64,000 nt of DNA from Paragordius varius (Eukaryota; Animalia; Nematomorpha), in assembly GCA_964247055.1 (NCBI GenBank), contig OZ176052.1, positions 8,680,001-8,744,000 on the forward strand. Direction: 5' to 3'. Numbering within the stretch: the stretch's first letter is position 1; each line of letters starts with the position of its first letter. A program made the translations under genes and the position numbers. Below are positions 13,101 through 24,698 of the stretch, one piece after another. The notes beneath the pieces are model-generated. The model ran no database searches. It saw only the letters and a list, made by a program, of their open reading frames with translations, and was not told the DNA's origin.

Positions 13101-16100
13101 TTAATTAATTCTCACATTAGTAAAAGTGTTAAGATCTAAGTGTTTTTACAGAAATTGGTTACTGTATTCCATAAGATAACAAGTTTATTTACAACTACAG
13201 TAAAACTTTATTGCAAATAAAATTTTTCATTAACCTATAGTCAAAAATAATGTTAAAGTTAGAGAAGAGTTTTTTATAAAAGTTATTCTTACAGTAACGT
13301 ATGTCCTCTAACTTAATCTAATCGCAATAAAATTAAGTTGGCGGGAAGAGATGTATTTAATTACGGTAATACTTAATTTTATGCCATACGCTACTGTTAT
13401 CAGATTCTTCTGTATACAAATTAATTTCTATCTATCTTAAGTGATTTTCTAATTGCAAATTTTTAATTAAAGAAAAAGATTTACATTTCCTTTATCACTT
13501 TTTTTCTTATCTTTATACACAACATAATTAAATGATACTATCGAATATAAAATATGAAAATTATTTTATGATTTATAAGATTTTTATTGGAATGCTTTTT
13601 CATATAAAAAATAAATATATTGTCACACACGACGACATATTTATTAAAATGGGTGGAGACATAAAAAAGATGTATAATATCGAAAATAAATAACTTTTTT
13701 TCCGTGTGCGCATAACTTGAGAGAAAGCTGCTTAAGTATTACATTGTTTCTGGGTTATAAAACATAGGAGAATCGCTAAACTGTTTTTAAAATACATCAG
13801 AATCATTTTATTTATATATAATTATCCTATGTGTGACAGAAAATTATTAAATACTTTTGAGATTTAAGGATTTTAATTGCATCGTTTATAACGTCAAAAT
13901 CAATAAAACATGCTTTTAAGGCATATAGATAAGACAATATTATTATTTCTTTTTCATTATATTGTATATTGATTGAGGTTTATCGCTAAGTTTTTACTTT
14001 TAATTATTTTTATATTGATTTAATCTGTAATTATTTTAATAAACTCACTTTCAGAATATCGTGAAATATTGCCCCCACAACCGGTTAGACATCCATCTCC
14101 ACATTCTCATCAAGTGCCTATCGGGTTTGTCTCTGTCCCAATGCAAAGATTCGATGGTGATCGACCTCGTAATTTTCACAATATGTTTTTCATAAATCAA
14201 AACAACTAAGTTAAACAGCTTTTGTAACTTTAATCTATTATTACTATGCCAAATTATTTAGGATATATTGAAGAACGACGTATTCCACCCCCTTCAACTG
14301 CTTCTGGAGGTATGAACGATAAAAAAGGATTATTCTTTGTAAAAATTTTACACTATATCCCTCCCTCACTCTTATTTTTTATCATTTTATCAAGGATTTG
14401 ATCCTAATGCATATCATGGTGGATGGGAACGCGGTCAAGGGCAACCAGTATATTTGAAGGAAGCCCCCAGAGATTATGTTCCGTCTGGCGGAGTCACTCT
14501 TATTGAAGATCGCCAGGACAAAAGTATGTATATTTTTTGAACAAAATGTTTTTTATGTTTTTCCATGTGCAGACCATTTAAAAATATTATAATTATAGGT
14601 TTACATCTTCTTCCAGGATATGATACGCGGGAAACTCATTCAACTCCCATAGGTAGTATTAAAAATTAGTTATATTTACCTGGAACTTTTATAAAAGACA
14701 TGTAAACTCCAAGTACCTAATGTTTTACCAAAATATACATTTTAACCAATAGGTGTTGCACACCCAACATGGAACCGGGATAAAGAGGTTCATTTCCGAG
14801 ACTCTCAATTTCGTGATGGTCCACCCCATGATCAAGGCAAGCGCAGAACTTCGCTCAAGGATCGGTTTAAAGAATTAGTCGGCTTGGATCATTCACATCA
14901 TCCAGCTCACGAAGAGAAAGGGGATTACGTGCTAACCGGTGTATTTACCGATGACGATAAAAAGGCCCTGAACCACGAAGAGATAAAATCGAAAGATGAC
15001 GGGAAAACTATCACTAAAACAACCGAAGTAACGGAGCATAAGGAAGAAGTTAAAACCACCGGACCTAGTGCCGATCAAAGAATTCGGGCTGGAATAAGTG
15101 ACATTAATGAATACAATCGCGGTGTATCGGATGAACGTTTACGTACGCTTAAACGGGATGCCGAACGCATTAGTCGAGATGCTGACTCACTTAAACTTGA
15201 TGCGAAAGACTTAAAGGATGATATCGACAATAAAAGGTAAAATATGTTGTTATTGTTATTGTTTAAACTGCAATATTAAAATTATCCCTATACTATCCAC
15301 CATTTATCATATATAGAATTTTTGCCGAATGGGGAATGTCGGATCAACCGGCCAACGCATCAACTACGGCCGTTGTTAATACAAGTTCGACAACAACCAC
15401 AACACGGGCAAGGAGTAATTCCATCAAAGGCTACATACACGATGAAGTGGATCACATAAAAAATCGTATAATGCATCCATTTGGGGGTGGTCATCCACAT
15501 GCTGTTGCCGCGGCAACGGCAGTCCCAGCCCCTACAGAACGTCGTCCATCTATATCGGATCGCGTATCTGAAAAGTATCACCATATGAAAGATAAGGTGG
15601 AACATTATGTACATGATCATTCCCATTCACCTCCTAGACATGACACTACGGCTGCTGGTGCAGTTGTTACCGAGTATCATCCCCACAAAAAGAGTATGTC
15701 GGAAAAAATATCAGAAAAGTTTGACGATATGAAAGAAAAAGTCAAAGAACCATTTACACGTGATGACAAGGATCGTGGTTCATACAGAACTGAGAGTGGC
15801 GGTGTAGGATACTATCCACTGCCATCCTCTCAACGATATTATGAAGAGAGGCCACCCGCTGTGTACTATGAGGAGAGACGATATCCTGCCACACAGTATT
15901 ATCCCTCAGATAGGGGTGGAGCTAGTGTTGTCCCGATTGCAGTTGCTGGGGGTGCAGCTGGAGTAGGTGCATCAGAAGCTATGCGCAGACATCGTTCACC
16001 CTCAATCAAGGAACGAATAACGGAATTCTTTAAGGGTCCTTCCTCAACCACAGATAAGAATATTCCAGCGGCAACAAGCCAAAATGTCCCTACTTATGTG

Positions 16101-19100
16101 GATTATGGTAAGCCCCAGTCATCCGGATTCACTAGCACCTCGTATGTCTCCTCAGCACCTCAAGATTACTATAGGTTACAGCGCTCACCTTCGGTCAAAG
16201 ATAAAATATTTGATGCAACGGATGAAAAAGTTTTTCATAACCGTTTCTATGACCCGAATGATCCATTGTATAGGGGGCCTTCGCAATTACAAAGAAAGCG
16301 TTCTATTAAGGAAAAGATTGCGGATTCCGTACAAAATGCAAAAGAAAAAATTACTGGACCAAGTACAACAGTCAACTATGACAAACCTGGAAGAGCTTAT
16401 TACACTGATAGTATATTTTTGTCTTTTTATGTTTCAGTTGTCCTTTAATTTGATGAATTTTTGATGGCTAAAAGCTATTTATTATTGAAAAATTAACCTA
16501 AATTTATGTTTTTAAAATAGATGTCCGGGTACCTGTATATTCTACTGTTGGTTATGTTTCTCAACCAGAACCAACATTTAATGAATCCGATTACTACAGA
16601 TCCCCAATTAAACGCGAAATTATAACATCGGAGGAAGTTCTTAGAGTTCCAGGTTTGTTTCCCCTCTGCTAAGATTATTATATTAAAAACGGACGAAAAA
16701 CATAATTCTTTTATTGGGTGTGTATTTAAATCTTTTAATAAACTAATAATATTTATTTTTTTAGATACTGTAATAATCGATGATTCTGTTAAATCCCGTC
16801 TTCCTGACTGGAAAAAAGGCGAAGCAGTTCAAGCCATTCCTATAACAGTTGTGGAGCGACGCGAATACATACCAGGCAAATATATTTTTTACCAAAATTT
16901 TATATAGTGAATTTGGCTTTTTATTGCATGAAAAAACAAATTTTTACCAACATTTATTTACAATTTATGCATCATCAATAATTTAATTTCTAACAGCTCG
17001 AAAAGATGATATTCCTTACCAATCTAATCTTAGAATAATCGACGATAATAGAGATTATTATGGTACACAGAGACCCGTAGAAACGGTGGAGATTCAACGA
17101 ATTCCAGCTCAAACAAGTATTTTAAATGAATTCTTTTTTCATTAAATTTAACTTTTTGGAAGATATCACCATAAATAATTTTCCTTTGTGATGTATATTT
17201 GGTAAAATGTTTTTTTTAATGATATGTAACAAAAACCTTACATTCGCTTAAAATGGGAAAATAAATGTACAAAATTTTTATGACTTACAGATTATGTATC
17301 TGATTACAAACCATTTCCTCCACCAGCGACCCTTTTATTAGGCTCTAAACCCTATTATGGCGATGATATTTCAAGCGGAAATCGGTTGGGAATTGGAGGT
17401 AACTATAAAAAACTTGTAAACATAGGTAACTTATTCGGTGTGTCAAACTAGAATTTTTAATGTAATATATCTCTCGTATCCATTTATGTTTATAAAGAAA
17501 TTTTTGTTGCTAGTTCCAAAAAAACTGGCCTAAAAAGAAGGGATATAAATAAATATATAAAAATTTTCTAGATCGATCAAGGATCCAAATTACAACGAAT
17601 GACATTCGACCGGGTCCACATTACGTAGCAAGAGATATTGGAAGGAGTGTATCCCCACCCTCGTATTACGCTACCAAATCTACCAGTTTCCGCAGTAAAT
17701 CGTATGATCCTGCTCGATTCCCACGTTTTGTGGTTGTGGATAAAAGGCGAGGCGGCGGCGCACCAGGGGATTCGACTTACGGCACCGATTTTTACAAAGA
17801 AGTCTTGGCTGGCAAGTTTAATGATCCAGATTCCGCTTTTCCAAACCTCAAATATTTGCCCAGGACAACGTCAGCCAGCTCATTCTTTGGTTCAGGGGGA
17901 CATTACACAACTAGTGGTGGGGCTGGTCAACCTCCTCCCTCCTATTATGCCGTAGAGCATCACGATAAAAAGAAGGGAGACTCATTTAATATAAAAGATT
18001 GGTTTACTGGTGGTATATTTTCCGATAAAAAAAGTAACAAAAAACCCGAAGTTGAATACGAAGTTTATGATCCCCACGCTCAATATGCTACTCAACAGTT
18101 GGTTCGTGAGACGCAGCCTATAGCGGTAGAAAGTTCTCAACAACCCTATATCATTGAGGAAACAAGTAGGGATTTGAAAAAAATCGCTATTTGATTATTA
18201 CTTTAATTTTATTACGTGTAAAATATTAATATTAACATTTAATTGACCATTTTATCTTTTTATTTTATATATGTATATGTGATCAATATGTTTTCTGTTT
18301 GTAACGGTGTAAAAATGTAATACCTTTTAATACCTATTTTCTATCAGTTGCTTTATTTCTATAAAAAGCTTATATAACAACATATATCTGCTAACTATAT
18401 TTTATTTATCATTAGATAGAGTGGCTTTACCTCTCTTGTTTCTGTAACTAATTTATTTGTGTGCCCTAAATTTCTTTTTTAGGCGTTCAAAATACCCTTA
18501 CTCCTCACGTAGCACAACACATACCGGTCATGACCGTATCCCAAACTGATCATTTAAAACATGCTTCTACAGTTAGTCAATCATCACCTCACATTGTAAA
18601 CTATGAATCAAACTTAAATAATATACCTTCTGCTAACCAACAAATATTTTTTAAGGATTTTTCTCATAATGAGTCCTTAGTTCCCGTCCCTACTCCTAGT
18701 AAGGAGCAAATCGTTTTGTATAGTGATTTACATAAACCACTCATATCCTCTCAGGCTTATAGTACGGTTAAATCAACTGGTGATGTGTCAGGGCCTAGTA
18801 CCAGTAGCCTTAAAGAGAAAGAAAAGAAAACTTCTATATTTGGAAAGAAACCTAAAAAATTGTTTAACAAACTTAAAGATTCTCTTAGCATTGATAGAGA
18901 TGATAAGCTAGAAGCGTCAAAAAATAAGGCTCCAATAATTATGGGTACTAATATCCTACCAAATTCATCCGATAAAGTAGGCAGCACTGTCATAACCTCG
19001 TCCCAAAGTGCAAATGCAACAACAATCGATGCTATATATGATCCGAAAACGGGTCATTACAAATACCATGATCCATTGAATCAACCCTACGAGAAGATTC

Positions 19101-22100
19101 AGGATGGTATTTTTCATGATGCCTTGTTTAAGGAAAACGGTAAAGAGTTAACAAAACATCTTGGACCTAATCAAGTAGAAGTCATACCAGGAACCGAATT
19201 AATTAACAAAATGTCCACCATCCATCCAACAACATTGTACAATAATTTGGGTGAGAATGCATCTTTTGTTCATGGTGATGGATCAGTTATTACAACTAAC
19301 GTTGATCCAAATAATTTCATTAAACCGGACCTGATGTCTGCTAAATGGCCAAAGCAAACAGAAGCTACCAATGGCGGTATTTATGAATATAAGGATCCTA
19401 TTGGTGATCCCTATCATAAAATTAAGGATCCTGCCTTACAGGATTCTGTGTTTAGAGAACAAGCTGTTAAACATTTATCTACTATGTCATTATCAACCAC
19501 CCATGCAGACCGTGTGTATACTAATCAATATGATACTACGAAAACTATATCGTCTCTTCAAGAGCCTATTTCATCTTACAAAGTAAGGAATCAAAAATCG
19601 GATTCCAACTGGGCCATACCACGGAATTCTGCAGATATTCCACCTGAACACTACTTACAACAAGGTAATAAAAATTTATATAATGATATAGGTAAAGATG
19701 GTAAACCAAACCACGATGTTTCTACTTTGGGTAAGCTTGAGAGAGATAAAACATCAACTCATTTTTCGAAAATCCAAACCATAATGCCATCGCTAGACAA
19801 TGTTGGCAAACCAGCCTTATTTAGTTCCAGCATGCCACTTAATTCAGCAAAAGTTCTTAATAATGAGTCTCCTCCCATTACAACTTTTATTATCCATTGT
19901 AGACCTAGTGATTTAAAAGTTTCAAAGGATACATCTCAAACTAAAATATCATCATCGCATAGTAATAAATTGGATGCGACACCTCACCCAGCATCCTATA
20001 AACTTGTTCCGCATGTTAAAATCCCGGAAAATTCTGCCGATATCCCTGACCACAGTTATGATAATCGTATCCCTGTGAAAGAGGAATCAATCAAGAAATC
20101 GGTTTTCATACCGTGTCCTTGTAATGGACCTCCACATCCTCATTCTGCTCATGAGCATGAGGTAAGTGATGAAAATCAAATAAATATCAGTAAGAATTCG
20201 AGAGATGATGATACTAAAGCAAAACAACCATTTAAACCTTTACCCTCAGGTGGCGTTTATTTACCAGCTGAGAAAAGTATGCAAAGAAAAAATGAAGGAG
20301 ATTTTTCTAATCATGCCGATATAAATGACAAATGGCCCAAAACTATTAGTGTATTACCTGGGGATGAAATTAAGGATGAATACAGCACTCCAAATAAAAG
20401 GCAACCTAATAACATTGAAAGGGTGTGTCAAAGTTCTCCAATAAATTACAATAACAGCACATTGACATCGAAAGGCAATAACATTCAATCACAGGGTCAA
20501 GCAATTAGTAGTGTAAATTATGAAAAAGAAATACCATTGCAAAACACAATGGATGATTATGAAATTAACACTGGTCATTTCAATGCTCGTAATAGCTTGA
20601 TAGTAATCTGTACTCAAACTAGTATTGATACATATGACAATACTACAATGGCTTATACGCCATCTTATAAAGAAAAAAATTACAAAAGCAACATTGTGAA
20701 TAGCATAGAAAATGAGGAACCAACTTCTACTAAATCAAAACCTTTTTCTGGGATTAAAAACTTTTTTGGGGGTGTTGGGATTAAACGAGAGAAATCTCCA
20801 AAAAATGTGCCTCTGAATGAATCCTCACCTTTAACAAATGTTAATAGGATCACTCGTTCAGAAGTCGATAGCCCGAGTGAGATATCTCAAATAGTATCAA
20901 ATACAGATAAATTAAAACTTTTAACAGACAATGTAATAAATCGAAACGATATACAAACTGATTCGATCAAGCATTATCCCGTTACATATGTTAAAGACGA
21001 GGTTAAAGGGCTACCACAAGAAACGCTTGTTAATAAAAATATAAAAGATGGTATGAGTGATACTAAAAAGTCAAAAAAGAAGCCATCAATTACAAAATTA
21101 TTTAGCTTTAAATCTGATAAAAGTGATAAAAATAAAAACTCAATCTCAAATGCTAACAATGTGATACCATATACCGAACCAAAAATAACGGAAACTACTT
21201 TGATCGAAGATAAAACTTTAAGCAGCTCCCACGATTTCGATAAAAATTTGATGAAATATATACTAAGTCCACCTCACTCGGCAATAGATAAACCAATTTT
21301 TGTTCAAGATAATCAAACGGATAACAATAAGATAGAAATGAAGGATGATTCAAATTTTGAAAATAATTTGATGCAATACATTTTTAGAGATAAGGATGAT
21401 TCTCACAGCATAGGATATAATATTGATAATAATAGTAGATGTGAAAGATTATCAACCTCTAATATAGGCTTATTGCTAAATTATATTACAACTCCCACAA
21501 GTTCCAATGAAACTGGGGGCGACATGACTAAATATTCCCCCTCTGTAAAAAATGAATTATTAAAATACGTTTTAACTTCTGCCACAGATGATGATGATAA
21601 TCAATCAAAAACTAAAACCAATAATAATTTACTAAATATGACCATTATTGATACTAATCATAACACAAGCACACATCATACGATATATACATATATATCT
21701 GCACCATCATCTAACAACCATAACAAGCAAACTAAAAAATTTGGGGATCAATTACAAGCTTTTTTATTTGGGACAGCGAATTCAACTTCAACTAAATCAA
21801 CAATGGATTATAATTCTGAACATAATAATAACAACACATCTTATCCTAATTTAGAGTCTTCTCCATATAATACCAATACAATTACCGTGTCACCTCAATC
21901 ATCAAATCGGAACATCACTCAAATCCAGACCAATGCTGTTGGAAATTTAGGAACATTCAATACAGCCACCGTCCAGCCAAATGATAGGCCGATTCCACAT
22001 TTCGAAAATAAGGGAGAGGATTTAATTTTTACCCACCATAAAACTGACACTGGTTATGAAACCGATGGGGAAGAGATTGTAAGGTCTGCTATTCAACAGG

Positions 22101-23663
22101 GTAAAAGGAATTTAGAAAATATGTCATCTTCGGATAGTCATCAAAATAATGTTCAAAATTCTCTTACATCATCGGAAGAACCAACTACATCTGCAAGGAA
22201 TGGAGGCCATGTCGAAGAAAAGCACAAGGCTGATAAGTATATTTCTTGTTTATTTTGTTTGTTTGAATGTTGCAGATTCAAAATAAGCAAAAACAATTTT
22301 GCATGAAACCACAACTAAAATAATTATTTATTAAAAATAGGATATAAACGATAAAAATGATAATCCGTTTCTTCATAAAATTTTACAAAAATATTGTTTT
22401 ACTTTTTATATATGTTTTCTAATTTTATTATTATAGAAAAGGGTTTTGGCTTTTCGATTACCTCAGTCTAACACCAACTTCTGACACTCTTCATCCCAAT
22501 ACATCATCATCAACTCTACTTTCAAATTCAAATTTATTGACAAATTCTCAGAATTTAAATGAAGATAATATCGTTCCTCGAAAAGATATAAATCTGAAAA
22601 GAACACCCACAGATATTAAATCCACTAAACTTGAATCACAACAAGGTAGGATTAAAAATTCACGTTATTTACATAAAAATGCTACAGGGAATGACGGTGA
22701 TGGATATTTATCTGATAGTCAGACATATAATTTAAAGTAATCCATTATTTGTCCCTTAAAATAAATTACACAATAACATCTATTGCTGTAGTATACTACG
22801 TATGGCTTTATAATGCCTTGATATAATTACTAATACTATAATATATATTACTTAATCCAAATCTCTAACTTCCTATTTAACCTTAACCTAACATTTTATG
22901 GTCATCAAGGGTAATAAAAGTTCTTTCCTCCTGTTAATATGTCCTGCTTATGTCATATCATAAATGTCGTCCTCTACTAGTAAAGACTTCAAATTAATAA
23001 GATTTACGCATGGGAACAACACCATAACATTATATGTATTGTTTGTGTTTTCGTTTGCATGATATACATATAAATAACCTATTTGTGACCTTTGATAAAA
23101 TCTATCCGTCGGTTACATTGGCTACTTTTCTAAAATTTATGTATGACATTAACAACTCTTTCTGCCTGTTAACTAACTCCTTACAAATTACTAACACTAT
23201 GCGATCGAATCAAGCTTACCCAAAAGTAGAATCGGCATAAACCTATAAATATATCTATATTTATTTTAAGGCTTTTATTTATTTTGGGGAATTTTTAAGC
23301 ACGGAATTAATTCTAAATTTTTAATTTATTTGTATGTTAATAAAGGAAATCTATTAGGTTAATACCAAATTTTTAAAATCTTGCACAAGTCAATTATAGA
23401 TCAATATAAGGTTTATCATTGATACGGGGGATTATTAGTTGTTTAGTGCATGTTTTCAGGGTATTAAAATCATTTTTTTAATAATCAATAATTTATTTAT
23501 GACTATGTTCAATTTTTTATAAAGGTCGGAGGATCATTATGGACGAGAAATGAAACTTATTGAACGCATCGTTATGCAAAACAAATTGAAACTTATATTA
23601 CTATGTTTGGCTTTTATCATATTCTTATCCATTTATTTTACATCTCAAGATTTGATTTTGTAA
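4179..23663 (+). CDS. Large unrecognised, mostly disordered protein (~3044 aa) with C-terminal transmembrane tail anchor; 24 exons
   Basis: Phase-consistent exon chain: 4179-4268, 4433-5153, 6655-6706, 7873-8183, 9802-9917, 10026-10063, 10695-10831, 11612-11902, 12545-12652, 12818-12907, 14055-14168, 14262-14309, 14395-14523, 14599-14652, 14753-15236, 15317-16410, 16521-16652, 16765-16875 (GC donor), 16997-17116, 17291-17398, 17572-18165, 18483-22236, 22437-22736, 23525-23663. Total 9135 nt with no internal stop. Ends ...MQNKLKLILLCLAFIIFLSIYFTSQDLIL*. No known domain recognised. It could be more than one gene or isoform, and the start exon is the least certain part. Confidence 0.7.
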
Positions 23664-24340
23664 GAAATTATTTGAAAGTCAATAGATATTATAACTACTG
23701 TCTTCTTTATATTTTTTTCGAATCCTACTTCTATCAATACTATATATGAGTTTTGAAAAATCTATTGTTATATTAATTATATGTATCTGCAATGCAAAGG
23801 ACATAGTCATATTATCAAAATTATATTTATCTATCTATATTATATATATATATATACAACTAAATACAATTATTAAATTTTAAATTAAAACAAACACTCT
23901 TTTAATCATCAAAAATTTAATTTACAATCATATTATATAATTCATATTGATGTTAAACACAATAAAGATTTTGCTATTGTATATTTATATATATAATTAT
24001 AATAATTAAAAACGTATGCTGCCGTGTAACCAAGCCGAAAACGGTGATAATTGGTGTAAATTTTTTGGCTAGATGTTTTATTTTAATACTTAAAACAGTG
24101 AAAGAAGTACCAATAAATGAACTTTGCAATAACCTTTGAGGATAAGTTTTTTTCTTTTTCACTTATGGGAACATTTCCTTTAAAAGAGTGTATAATACGG
24201 TGTTGGCGACATCATACAACAGAAACACAAATATTTTTTTCCTTTTAAGCCAAAATGATAATCAAATAAATCAACATATTGAGTTGTTTAAATTGATAAG
24301 CTTTACTAACCTTATATTACCATAAAAATGATTGGGTATT

Positions 24341-24698
24341 TATATACCATTTACAATTCAAATTCACCCTTAAACAATTCAAATTCACCCTTGAACAATT
24401 CAAATTCACCCTTGAACAATTCAAATTCAGCTTTAAACAATTCAAATTCACCCTCAAATAAAATATTTTTTAGATTTAAAATTACCCAATATTTTTATAT
24501 ATTTTTAAAAAATAAAATTTTTGTTTTAAATTTAAATAATACTGAAAAAATAATAAACTATGCCATAAAGATATATTTCTCATTAATAATGAGTTATATT
24601 AGTTCGAAAACACATAATTTATTTTTAGGGTAAATTTGAATTGTTCAAGGGGGAATTTGAATTGTTTAAGGGTGAGTTTGACCTGTAAAGGGTATATT
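24341..24698. mobile_element. Foldback-like element: inverted arms built of 21-bp tandem units
   Basis: Left arm has ~5 copies of acaattcaaattcaccctt[a/g]a (24353-24457). The right arm (~24628-24698) has ~3 copies in reverse complement. An AT-rich spacer of ~170 bp separates them. Confidence 0.7.

Noticed and set aside
5154-15240. Several exons of the orphan gene read through their donors into immediate stops (5164, 8188, 11913, 15240), suggesting intronic polyadenylation isoforms
   Set aside because: Near-immediate stops and AATAAA are expected by chance in ~85% AT introns, so this cannot be supported without 3'-end data.
16084-16464. Overlapping alternative-frame ORFs in the orphan gene (also 17638-17955, 18723-18911, 19371-19586, 21648-21854)
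   Set aside because: They are short, lie in GC-richer coding sequence, and no splice route into them was found, unlike the PDFR case.
24328-24633. 101-aa ORF with NSNSPLN repeats; also considered as a CRISPR-like array
   Set aside because: It is the translation of the 21-bp tandem units of the foldback element. There are no unique spacers and no cas genes, and the context is eukaryotic.
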